51,657 nucleotides of DNA. Source: Bacteroidales bacterium. Its GTDB lineage: Bacteria > Bacteroidota > Bacteroidia > Bacteroidales > F082. Position 1 is the stretch's first letter. Each line of letters begins with the position of its first letter. Positions 9,700 through 18,559 of the stretch are shown piece after piece. Under the pieces are notes generated by a model, which did not search any database, had not been told where the DNA came from, and saw only the letters and a program-made list of their open reading frames with translations. The stretch lies in contig JAZBOW010000229.1 of the NCBI GenBank assembly GCA_036351335.1, positions 1-51,657 of the forward strand, written 5' to 3'. Both the position numbers and the translations under genes were made by a program.

Positions 9700-10236
9700 A
9701 TGAGAAGATATATTGTTTTTCTTTTATTAATTATCATCTTCGTATCCTGTCAGAAAGAGCAAAAAAAGGTGGTCACCCAAAAAATTCAGTATGATGTAAA
9801 TATTAAAAGCCCTGATCCGGATTATGACTGGTGGATTCAAAACCTACCGGGTCCACAGCGCGAAAATTTGGTCAATATGATCCTCGATGGTGCGCTAGGC
9901 GGCAAATTTCAAGCCTATGATTATTTTAACAATCCCATATCGGCATTTGATGTATCAAAAATCCTTTCGGACACTTCCGTGTTGACATTAATGGCCAAAG
10001 AACCCCCTTATGAATATTATGATACCACCATTGTATATACCATCCAGCAGGAAGATATTCTGAAAATCAGGTTCCTGGAAACATGGAGTGCCGACCCGGA
10101 AAAACTCCTGTTCGAGAAAAAAATACTCGGCATTGCACCCATTGCTAAAAGAATTGATCCGATGGGTATAGAAAGATGGCAACCTTTGTTTTGGATTTAC
10201 ACCGATGAGGAGTTCATCCAAAGCCTAAAAAACTAA
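9700..10236 (+). CDS. Hypothetical lipoprotein
   Basis: The internal Met at 9700 gives MRRYIVFLLLIIIFVSC (signal peptide plus lipobox Cys). The upstream part of the 9508 ORF overlaps the divergent gene start and is unlikely to be coding. Confidence 0.55.
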   Translation: MRRYIVFLLLIIIFVSCQKEQKKVVTQKIQYDVNIKSPDPDYDWWIQNLPGPQRENLVNMILDGALGGKFQAYDYFNNPISAFDVSKILSDTSVLTLMAKEPPYEYYDTTIVYTIQQEDILKIRFLETWSADPEKLLFEKKILGIAPIAKRIDPMGIERWQPLFWIYTDEEFIQSLKN

Positions 10237-10375
10237 GCTTTAATTTTCCAATTGAAATGATCTACCGTTCATTGAAGGACTGCTGACCCCCATGCGGGTA
10301 AGCTTATAGGCTTAAGAGTATTCCATTTTGATTTTTTTAGCAAATTATCTATCTTGTTGCTCTAAAACCTGACTT

Positions 10376-12466
10376 ATGAACTGGTCGGTCAGACCTTTTG
10401 TACGTATTTTTATTTTTCTGGTAGCCGGTATTTTGTTGGCATATCATTTACCCTTTATCGCGGAAGCAGGTGTTTTCTATGTATCTGTTATGGTTGCCTT
10501 GTTGGCAGCTACCGGATTCGTGGTATATAAAATGAATTTTTCATGGAGCCGCAAATGGATGCCAGGCGCCATACTTGGCTTAGCCATAACTATTACCGGT
10601 ATTTATTTAACCGGCAAAGAGCAAAGCAGAAAGCCTGAAATATCAGTGAATAGCGTTGAAGTATATATGGGCAGGGTGCTCGAAGAGCCAGTAGAAACAG
10701 CGCTTACCTTTAGAACGATCATAAAAATTAGTAAAATAGTAAGCCATGATACATTGACCATTGAACCTGTAAAATCAATTGCCTATTTCAGAAAAGACAG
10801 TTTGAGCATGCATATTTCGTACGGCGACTGGATCGTGTTTAAAGGAAAACTTAACAAGCCTGTGGGACCTAAAAATCCGGGTGAGTTTGATTATGCGCAA
10901 TTCCTTGCACGCAACAATGTACATTACGTGGTTTTTGTGTCGGGCGACAATTGGAGTTTGCTCGGCACTTCTGCCAATACGTTGATGTCATTGGCTATAA
11001 AAGCCCGCAAATACCTGCTTAATGTACTGCGTGAAAATGGTATGACAGCGGATAATTACGCGGTGGCTGCCGCTATTTTACTTGGCTACGACCAATTGCT
11101 TGAGCCAGAGCTTGAGCAAAATTATGTCACGGCAGGAGCCATGCATATTCTTTGTGTATCCGGTTTACATGTGGGCATTATATACTTGGTATTAAATTTC
11201 TTACTTGGCTTTCTACGCAGAAACACTTTCCATAAAATCGTAAAAGTTATCTTTCTTTTAAGTATCATATGGTTTTATGCTATGATAACCGGCTTTTCGC
11301 CATCGGTGCAGCGGGCGTCTATTATGATCTCATTATTTATTATAGCTACTCTTTCTTCAAAACAGAAAGATGTGTACAATACCCTCGCCGCATCAGCTGT
11401 GATATTGTTATTCACAAACCCGTTTTTGATTTTTAACGTGGGTTTTCAACTATCATATACGGCGGTACTGGGCATCCTGTTGTTTTATAATCCTATTGCA
11501 GGCTTGTTTTACATTAAAAACCCTTTAGTACGAAAAGTATGGGAAATAGTAGCTGTCTCAACAGCTGCACAACTGGGCACTTTCCCACTGGCTGCTCATT
11601 ATTTTCACTTTTTCCCTACCTATTTCTGGTTAACCAATATTTTTATTTTCCCACTCTCATTTGCTATTGTGGGCTCAGGTATGTTGCTGATGGCATTATC
11701 GTGGTTACCGCTTGTTCCTAACCTGGTCACTATGCTATTATCAGGATTTGTATTTCTGCTTAACCTGATCGTTTCATCCGTTGATTATTTACCCTATAAT
11801 GGTATTCACGACCTGTATTTCCCATGGATAAAGGTGGTGTTGGTTTATGGGCTGATCCTGTTATTGATTCCGTTGGTGTTTAAACGGCAGTTAAGAATGT
11901 TATTTCCAACATTGCTGGTTCTTTTGTTGGTCATTTCATTTCAAACAGCACATAAGTACAGGATACTGAACCAGGATAAAATGGCTGTTTACCATGTGAA
12001 TCAGCACAGTGCCATCGACTTTATCAATCAGGACAAACATGTATTGTTGGCTGATTCAGTGCTTTTAACGGAGAACTATAAACTTGAATACCATCTTAAG
12101 AATTGTCGCATCAGTTGGGGGCTGGATAAAAATTATGCGTCCATTGAGAATGGATATATGAATAATGAGGTTAATATCTTTTATGATGGTCAGTTTGGCG
12201 CTTTTGGAGAACATACTTTCATGCGGATCAGTGATAAAATTCCGTATGAGAGCACACAATCTTTATCTGTAGACTTTATTATCATTTCAGGGAAGAGAAA
12301 ATTAGATATAAAAGCACTGGAAGGCGCAGTATCTTTCGAATACCTCGTTATTGACAGTTCGGTGCCTTATTGGAAACAAAAAAAAGTAAAGGAGCAAGCG
12401 GTGGAAATGAATTATAAATGCTTCAATGTGAGTGAAGAAGGCGCATTTGTTCTGGAAAACTTATAA
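10376..12466 (+). CDS. comEC: ComEC/Rec2 family competence membrane protein (no C-terminal metallo-beta-lactamase motif noticed)
   Basis: 696 aa polytopic membrane protein with the characteristic GAMHILCVSGLHVGIIY segment and an N-terminal DUF4131-like OB region. Confidence 0.8.
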   Translation: MNWSVRPFVRIFIFLVAGILLAYHLPFIAEAGVFYVSVMVALLAATGFVVYKMNFSWSRKWMPGAILGLAITITGIYLTGKEQSRKPEISVNSVEVYMGRVLEEPVETALTFRTIIKISKIVSHDTLTIEPVKSIAYFRKDSLSMHISYGDWIVFKGKLNKPVGPKNPGEFDYAQFLARNNVHYVVFVSGDNWSLLGTSANTLMSLAIKARKYLLNVLRENGMTADNYAVAAAILLGYDQLLEPELEQNYVTAGAMHILCVSGLHVGIIYLVLNFLLGFLRRNTFHKIVKVIFLLSIIWFYAMITGFSPSVQRASIMISLFIIATLSSKQKDVYNTLAASAVILLFTNPFLIFNVGFQLSYTAVLGILLFYNPIAGLFYIKNPLVRKVWEIVAVSTAAQLGTFPLAAHYFHFFPTYFWLTNIFIFPLSFAIVGSGMLLMALSWLPLVPNLVTMLLSGFVFLLNLIVSSVDYLPYNGIHDLYFPWIKVVLVYGLILLLIPLVFKRQLRMLFPTLLVLLLVISFQTAHKYRILNQDKMAVYHVNQHSAIDFINQDKHVLLADSVLLTENYKLEYHLKNCRISWGLDKNYASIENGYMNNEVNIFYDGQFGAFGEHTFMRISDKIPYESTQSLSVDFIIISGKRKLDIKALEGAVSFEYLVIDSSVPYWKQKKVKEQAVEMNYKCFNVSEEGAFVLENL

Positions 12467-12521
12467 GGAAGGATTTATCGAATAGAACTTTGTAAATTTA
12501 ACTGCCCTAAGACTTAGGTGT

Positions 12522-13310
12522 ATGATTGAACAAAATGAACCAATAAAATTATTTTGGACCGGAGGCTGGGATTCCACATTTCGATTCATTCAATTGTTAC
12601 TCTTGCACAAACTGGTAGTTCAGCCATATTATATCATTGATCCGGGAAGAAATTCCACTTTACTTGAAATCAGAGCGATGATAAATATTAAAAAAGCGCT
12701 GGTTGCAATAAAGCCTGAAATTAAACATTTGATCCTGCCTACAATTTATAAGGAATTAAATCAAATTGGAAAAAATGAAGACATCGCAAAAAGTTATAAA
12801 AGCCTGACTTTAGTGGAAAGTATTGGTATTCAGTATAAGTGGCTGGCTCAGTTTTGTGATGATGAAGGCATTAATGATATTGAGATCAGCAACGAAACGG
12901 CCATTTTTGATGAAGATAATCGAACACGAAAACTACTGGGTGATGATTTGGAAAGACTCGAAACGGAACGTGGGGTTTATTATAAACTAAATGAAAGATG
13001 CAAGGATAGCGATAAATACAAGTTGTATGGTCACTTTATATTCCCCGTATTTGACTATACCAAGTTTGATATGATCGAGATTTGTAAAAAGCAAGGTACT
13101 TTTAATGTGATGGAGATAACGTGGTTTTGCCATTCGCCTGATAGCAATAATAAACCTTGCGGGAAATGTCATCCTTGCAGAACCGTTTATAGGGAGGGAT
13201 TAAGTTGGCGATTGCCTTTGAGTGCAAAATTGCGTTATTACACGTGGCCCGTGCTTAAAAAAGTAGCGAAGTCGCTGCGACTGATACCGCAAAGTAATAT
13301 GGATCATTAG
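12522..13310 (+). CDS. QueC-like PP-loop ATP pyrophosphatase family protein
   Basis: 262 aa. It has an N-terminal PP-loop variant LFWTGGWDSTF (SGGxDS type) and a C-terminal Cys cluster CHSPDSNNKPCGKCHPC resembling the QueC zinc site (C..CxxCxxC). Confidence 0.6.
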   Translation: MIEQNEPIKLFWTGGWDSTFRFIQLLLLHKLVVQPYYIIDPGRNSTLLEIRAMINIKKALVAIKPEIKHLILPTIYKELNQIGKNEDIAKSYKSLTLVESIGIQYKWLAQFCDDEGINDIEISNETAIFDEDNRTRKLLGDDLERLETERGVYYKLNERCKDSDKYKLYGHFIFPVFDYTKFDMIEICKKQGTFNVMEITWFCHSPDSNNKPCGKCHPCRTVYREGLSWRLPLSAKLRYYTWPVLKKVAKSLRLIPQSNMDH

Positions 13311-13413
13311 TAATTAAACAATAGATGAGAGGTGCTTTTTAAGAAGGGTTTGGCTTAAAATTTCTTTTAGAAAAATAATTTTTTAATTTTATTGCAGTTT
13401 TATAAAAAGCCTT

Positions 13414-13421
13414 TATATTTG
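13414..13421 (+). promoter_or_regulatory. Bacteroidota-type -7 box (TATATTTG) upstream of tRNA-Asp
   Basis: Matches TAnnTTTG and lies about 34 nt upstream of the tRNA 5' end. Confidence 0.5.
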
Positions 13422-13454
13422 CAAACCCTTTTTGGGGAGTTCTTATATAAAGTT

Positions 13455-13529
13455 GGTCTGGTAGTTCAGTTTGGTTAGAATACGTGCCTGTCACGCACGG
13501 GGTCGCGGGTTCGAGTCCCGTCCAGACCG
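13455..13529 (+). tRNA. tRNA-Asp: tRNA-Asp (anticodon GUC)
   Basis: Hand-folded cloverleaf: acceptor GGTCTGG/CCAGACC, D arm GTTC..GAAT, anticodon arm CGTGC-CTGTCAC-GCACG, T arm GCGGG-TTCGAGT-CCCGT, discriminator G. CCA is not encoded. Confidence 0.9.
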
Positions 13530-13530
13530 C
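13516..13530 (+). repeat. attL-type direct repeat (3' end of tRNA-Asp)
   Basis: tcccgtccagaccgc is identical to 49895-49909. The match extends to 17 of 18 nt when 3 upstream nt are included. Confidence 0.8.
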
Positions 13531-13542
13531 TTGATAAAAATT

Positions 13543-13580
13543 AAAACCCTTGTAAATGAATAATTTATGAGGGTTTTTGC
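13543..13580 (+). terminator. Hairpin plus T-run following the tRNA (island-borne)
   Basis: aaaaccct (13543-13550) pairs with agggtttt (13570-13577), followed by T residues. Its architecture resembles the hairpin after the right repeat. Confidence 0.45.
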
Positions 13581-13584
13581 TTTT

Positions 13585-13608
13585 AGAGCTGACAGTAGAG
13601 CTGACAGT
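13585..13608 (+). repeat. Perfect tandem 12-mer x2 (agagctgacagt), candidate integrase arm-type site, left end
   Basis: agagctgacagt agagctgacagt lies about 55 nt inside attL. The related pair is at 49748-49767. Confidence 0.6.
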
Positions 13609-13828
13609 TTTTTAAATTATTTCTTTTTGTCTTCTTGTATTAAACCGTGTAAATAGTCAAACACAGATGGACAATTGTTAAGGTTATTATTTAAGTGTGA
13701 TCATAATATGTAAGATACAATCTGTTTTTCCGGTCCAGATTGCTAAATAGATTATAATATTCACACATTTTATTAGTATTGAAACTCGGGATTTAATAAT
13801 TTCACATTTTTAATATTATAACAAACAT

Positions 13829-14782
13829 ATGACCCAATTGAACCCTGAATTTGAAAAGAAGCTAAATAATGAGGCCCAAAAAATAAAGTGGAAAATCACA
13901 CTTTCGAAGGTTGCAAATGATAAACACATTGCAACAAAAATCAAACAGCTTCAAAGGATTGACAAATGGACAACTGATGAGTTTTATGATATAATATTAG
14001 ATTTATTTGTTGATTATGAGAAAAATGCTAAAAATTGGACAGTTCCTCTTGAATTAGAACAAAGGATTGAAAAAACTGGTAATAGCATCAAAAAAAGAAA
14101 GCGATCAAAATATATTAGTGCGATAGCCGGTTTGGCTCGGGAGCTTACAATATACTTATATGAGTTACAGCCAACAGCGCAGAAGAAATATACCGTTTTA
14201 GATGAAGTTGAAAGAATTCTTTGTTTATTTAAGTTTAGATTGGGTAGACTAGGTCATGAAATCTTCGAAGAGTATGACCTCATTTATTTAAAGGATTTAA
14301 AAAGCAGTATTAAATTTACTCAAAGAACTAATTCGCCCCCCCACAAAAATGCCACATCCGATAAAGGTATGAATCTAAATCCTGATTCTGACAAGAAATC
14401 AGAGTTGAAGAAAAATGGTGACGAGGATACAACTTTCGAATCCTTATTTTATAATAAAGATTTTATCCAAATTCTAAATGAATATTTGGCTTCAGACGAA
14501 GGGGGGAGGTTAATAAATACAAAAGGAGAATGGATTTCTGTTAGGTATAAGCTAATGGGGTATGTCGATGCGTTAATCTTTTTATCAATTATCAAACATA
14601 ATAGCTGGGTTGAGACGGGGACTTTGTTTTCCAGTTATTATAAAAAATCGATAGACCTGTCAGCTTGGAGAAGAAATAAAGATGGACAGAATTATTCTCG
14701 TACAGAATGGAAAAAAACATTTATCGATGATTTAAGAGTATTAAAAACAGATTTTGAAAAAAAAATGGATAAAACACCATAA
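13829..14782 (+). CDS. Hypothetical protein (island backbone)
   Basis: 317 aa ORF with no motif I recognise. It is followed by a strong hairpin. Confidence 0.55.
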   Translation: MTQLNPEFEKKLNNEAQKIKWKITLSKVANDKHIATKIKQLQRIDKWTTDEFYDIILDLFVDYEKNAKNWTVPLELEQRIEKTGNSIKKRKRSKYISAIAGLARELTIYLYELQPTAQKKYTVLDEVERILCLFKFRLGRLGHEIFEEYDLIYLKDLKSSIKFTQRTNSPPHKNATSDKGMNLNPDSDKKSELKKNGDEDTTFESLFYNKDFIQILNEYLASDEGGRLINTKGEWISVRYKLMGYVDALIFLSIIKHNSWVETGTLFSSYYKKSIDLSAWRRNKDGQNYSRTEWKKTFIDDLRVLKTDFEKKMDKTP

Positions 14783-14788
14783 ATAATT

Positions 14789-14830
14789 GTCCTGTTTGTC
14801 CTGTTTGTCCTGTAACAGGAGAAACAGGAC
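14789..14830 (+). repeat. gtcctgttt iteron-like direct repeats forming a 16-bp hairpin (terminator and/or protein-binding site)
   Basis: gtcctgttt occurs at 14789 and 14798, plus gtcctgt at 14807. The arm gtcctgtttgtcctgt (14798-14813) pairs with acaggagaaacaggac (14815-14830) with one mismatch, followed by a T-rich tract. Confidence 0.6.
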
Positions 14831-14886
14831 TTTGTTCCTATTTGTTCTAATGTTCTTTGCCTTTTTAACCAAAATTTAGGCAAAAC

Positions 14887-15189
14887 ATGGAACAGATTTT
14901 TTTTACAAGCCTGGACAAAGAAAAACTAAAAGAGTTATTCCGGGAATCGGTAGCTGAAACGATACAAGATCAACTAAAAGTTCTCATCAAAAAATCTGAT
15001 GAGGATGTAGACGACAAACTCCTTTCCCGGAAGGAAGTCGCTAAAATCTACGGAATTTCCTACGTTACACTTCGTGAGTGGGAAAAGCATCACATTATTC
15101 CTCAACCCATCCGCAAAGGTTCTCGTGTCTATTGGCGAAAAGGGGATATAATGGAGGATATAAGCAGGAGGGGAGGTGAGCATGCTTAA
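14887..15189 (+). CDS. Excisionase-like (MerR/HTH_17-type) helix-turn-helix protein
   Basis: 100 aa. The C-terminal LLSRKEVAKIYGISYVTLREWEKHHIIPQPIRKGSRVYWRKGDI fits the Xis/AlpA-type HTH pattern of Bacteroidota mobile elements. It overlaps the next gene by 14 nt. Confidence 0.7.
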   Translation: MEQIFFTSLDKEKLKELFRESVAETIQDQLKVLIKKSDEDVDDKLLSRKEVAKIYGISYVTLREWEKHHIIPQPIRKGSRVYWRKGDIMEDISRRGGEHA

Positions 15190-17353
15190 TAAAAAAGCCA
15201 TTTTATCAAACCCCAATCTGCAGCTACAAACAATCCAAAGCTATTATCCGCAGGCTGATCCTGGTGGAAAGTTTTTCAAAATTAGGGAGGAGAAAACACC
15301 GTCAGCAAAGTTGCGTCAGTTTAAAGGGGTGTGGTACGTAAAAGATTTTGGGGAACCGCATAAGCCACAAGATTGTTTTGCCGTCGTCATGAGTAAAGAA
15401 GCCTGCAATTTCAACAAGGCCATTGAAATCATCAGCAATAATGATAATCCAGTTGGAAGCTCAAGTGAGCCGGAAAATAAACGTAAGGAATTAAAATCAG
15501 GTGCTGTTAAAGAACAAATCAAAGGAATTATCGGTAATAGTATTGATAAAGCCACTGCATACTTGCAATCCCGAAAAATTGATACGGAGAGGCTTCCGGA
15601 GGATGTATACTTCTATGATAAGTATAAAAATGCTATTGTCTTTATCGACAGTGAAAAAAACGTTCTGAACCGAAGGCTCATCAACCCGAATGAGGGGGAG
15701 TCAAAGGCCCGAATGACTAAATATAGCGACTTTGATCCGATTTATGATGCCTTATATGATTCCGAACACCAAAGAGTATTTATAACCGAAGGGGTGATTG
15801 ATAGTTTGTCTCTGGCCAGTCATTCTTCCATATCGATTTTTACTACAAGCAACCTGATAAAAAACCCCGACAAGCTAAAAAAGTATATCGAAGGAAAAGA
15901 AGTCATACTAGCATTCGATCAAGACGATGCTGGTAATGGATGCAGTCAGTATTATTCAAGTTTCATTTCCGGTTCAAATATTAAAGTGCAAAGCATAAAA
16001 CGATTACTGCTACCGCAAAGAACGGATATTAATGATCTACTATTTGATGGTAACCTGGAAGGTTTCCTTGTCGATGATAACAACTATAAAGTAATTGTCG
16101 ATAACTGTTCACTGAACGAAACGGAACAACAAGAAACGAACGAAAAGAATGAAGAGAAACCTCAAGAATTAACTAAAAATCAGGAGATTGAAGAATTTAT
16201 CATGGATCGGTATGATGTTCGGTTCAATGCCATTAAACAGCAACCCGAATATTGCATAAAGAATGAGGATAAGATCTTCCAGCCAATTGATAAGTACGTT
16301 CTCAATTCCCTGCGACGAGAGTTAAATCAACATGGTTTAAACACATCTGTTTTAAACTTGAAAAGTATTCTCGAAAGTGATTTTGCAAAGATGGTACACC
16401 CAATCCGGGAATATTTTAACTCCTTGCCTCCCTGGGATGAAGAAGCAGACCATATAAAGGAATTGGCCAATACGGTTATCGTAGGCAATCCGGAAATATG
16501 GCAAGAATATTTCCAAAAGTGGTTGGTAGCGGTGGTAGCAAATACACTAAATAATCAAGGATGTCAAAATCACACATGCCTAGTCATTACCGGGAAGCAA
16601 GGTGCGTTTAAGACCACATGGCTGGACCACCTTTGTCCAAAGAACCTGTCACAATATTTATTTACCGGAAAAATTGATCCGCAGAATAAAGATAGCCTCA
16701 CCTACATTGCTGAATGCTTTCTCATAAACATTGATGATCAGCTGCGGCAACTAAATAAGCGGGACGAAAATGAATTGAAAAATTTAATTACAACCCCTTT
16801 TGTTAAGTATCGCCGACCATATGATATCTATATCACCGAATACCCACATACGGCCAGTTTTATGGCTTCTGTGAACGGTAATGACTTTCTGACAGACCCG
16901 ACAGGGTCACGCCGTTTTCTGCCTTTTGAGGCCATAGAAATAGATATAAATGCCGCTAAGGCCATTGATATGGATTTAGTATATGCCCAGGCCATGCATC
17001 TCTACAAATCAGATTTCCGATATTGGTTTGATCATAAAGAGATAGAAGAACTTCATACGCATAACCAGGCCTTTCAGGTTGTCAGCATCGAAGAGCAGCT
17101 TGTTCTTGAATACTTTGATAAGCCCGATGAAAGGGAGTCAGCCACAGATTACCTACAAAGCGCTGTAATACAATCTTATTTAGAAAATCTTATCCGGTCC
17201 CGGCTATCACCAAAAAAACTGGGTGAGGCACTGACCAAACTGGGTTTTGAAAAATGGCAGCGAACTAAAGATGGTAAAACCAAGTGGGTGTGGTCAGTCA
17301 TTAAAAAGGAAATACCACAAGTCGATCAGGAAAATAATAATAATCCTTTTTAA
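15176..17353 (+). CDS. Toprim-domain primase fused to VirE-like P-loop NTPase
   Basis: 725 aa. Toprim acidic motifs: RVFITEGVIDSLSL and VILAFDQDDAGNG. P-loop: LVITGKQGAFKTTWL. Walker B-like: FLINIDDQL. Confidence 0.8.
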   Translation: MSMLNKKAILSNPNLQLQTIQSYYPQADPGGKFFKIREEKTPSAKLRQFKGVWYVKDFGEPHKPQDCFAVVMSKEACNFNKAIEIISNNDNPVGSSSEPENKRKELKSGAVKEQIKGIIGNSIDKATAYLQSRKIDTERLPEDVYFYDKYKNAIVFIDSEKNVLNRRLINPNEGESKARMTKYSDFDPIYDALYDSEHQRVFITEGVIDSLSLASHSSISIFTTSNLIKNPDKLKKYIEGKEVILAFDQDDAGNGCSQYYSSFISGSNIKVQSIKRLLLPQRTDINDLLFDGNLEGFLVDDNNYKVIVDNCSLNETEQQETNEKNEEKPQELTKNQEIEEFIMDRYDVRFNAIKQQPEYCIKNEDKIFQPIDKYVLNSLRRELNQHGLNTSVLNLKSILESDFAKMVHPIREYFNSLPPWDEEADHIKELANTVIVGNPEIWQEYFQKWLVAVVANTLNNQGCQNHTCLVITGKQGAFKTTWLDHLCPKNLSQYLFTGKIDPQNKDSLTYIAECFLINIDDQLRQLNKRDENELKNLITTPFVKYRRPYDIYITEYPHTASFMASVNGNDFLTDPTGSRRFLPFEAIEIDINAAKAIDMDLVYAQAMHLYKSDFRYWFDHKEIEELHTHNQAFQVVSIEEQLVLEYFDKPDERESATDYLQSAVIQSYLENLIRSRLSPKKLGEALTKLGFEKWQRTKDGKTKWVWSVIKKEIPQVDQENNNNPF

Positions 17354-17593
17354 ATAAGTAGTTATGGTGTTAATCGAAATATTCCTGATTGTATTTCAGG
17401 TAATTAACCGTTATTGGTTTCGTAATTGCAAAATTGTTAGTAAGGGTGTTAATGTATTAACCCCAAAAATTCTAACAGGATGTAAATATGTTATATACCG
17501 GCAGGCGCTCTTCTAAAACCACATTAAACCAGTTAGTTATGGAAAATAAACAGGTTAACAAGATATAGTTTATAAATTTTTAAAATAATTTTT

Positions 17594-18454
17594 ATGAGTA
17601 ATAATTTAAAACAGAAAGCACTCGAGCTTAAGCAGCAGGGGCTTTCCTACCAGCAAATAGCCGATGAACTCGGTGTAGGTAAAACAACCGTATATAACTG
17701 GATCGTATACGCCAATGATAATAACGAAAACGATCCCGTTTCAGATCTCCCAGATGAAAAGGAATCCATATTGGAGCTAAAAAAAGAGATCGCAGAATTG
17801 CGGAATAAAATCACACAAGGGATAAATACAAAAAGCGATATGTCCGATGAGGTAGAACTCCGCAAGCTTGAGCTTGAGCATGAATTCCGTATGGAGGAAT
17901 TGGAAAATAATAGGCGGGAAGAATTACTTAAGCGGGAAATAGCAGAATTAGAACAACAGAACGAACAGGTTCAGAAAGGTTCAGAACGTTCTTTACAATT
18001 AGTTGAGGGACTAACTGAACTAAATGAACAGTTTAAAAGTAATCTGTCAGACCTTCATGAACGCTTATCTGGTTTGGAAGAAGAAGTTTCCGTGTTGGAA
18101 AATCCGCCTGTTCCGAATTCGGAATTAGAAGTTCACTCTCTTAAAAAATCTTTTGTTAAAAGGCTCTCAATACTATTGATTGATTATTTGGAGTTGGATG
18201 GCGAAGATTGCACCCTCGAATTGATAGAGTCGATTAATGAAAAGTTAGTTGAACTCAAATCGGAAGTAGAGGAATGGGCAGAATCAAACGATTTTGACCT
18301 TGATGATGAAGATGTCATGGACATACTCGAAAATTTTATCGAAGATGTCAAGGACGCCTTACTCAGTTTAGAGGATATTGATGAAGACGATCGGGTGCTT
18401 GAAATAGACGATGATTGGAAGCAGGAGATGGAAGATTGGCTCGAAAGCGTATGA
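17594..18454 (+). CDS. N-terminal HTH protein with long, highly acidic coiled-coil tail
   Basis: 286 aa. GLSYQQIADELGVGKTTVYNWI is an HTH. The remainder is E/D/L-rich heptad-like sequence. Confidence 0.6.
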   Translation: MSNNLKQKALELKQQGLSYQQIADELGVGKTTVYNWIVYANDNNENDPVSDLPDEKESILELKKEIAELRNKITQGINTKSDMSDEVELRKLELEHEFRMEELENNRREELLKREIAELEQQNEQVQKGSERSLQLVEGLTELNEQFKSNLSDLHERLSGLEEEVSVLENPPVPNSELEVHSLKKSFVKRLSILLIDYLELDGEDCTLELIESINEKLVELKSEVEEWAESNDFDLDDEDVMDILENFIEDVKDALLSLEDIDEDDRVLEIDDDWKQEMEDWLESV

Positions 18455-18481
18455 TCCTTATTTTTAATATTAATTTAGCAG

Positions 18482-18506
18482 CAGCCCCGGAAGGGGCTGT
18501 TTTTTA
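18482..18506. terminator. Rho-independent terminator between convergent genes
   Basis: cagcccc-ggaa-ggggctg followed by tttttt. Confidence 0.75.
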
Positions 18507-18559
18507 TTTATGTAAAAACGACAGGCTGGCTAAAGTCACTATATTATGATGAAAATGTA

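Noticed and set aside
12522-13310. QueC-like gene as part of a QatABCD or Dpd defence system.
   Set aside because: No ATPase (QatA), QatB, TatD-like, TGT-like or DpdB-K partner genes are adjacent. The neighbours are ComEC and a tRNA.
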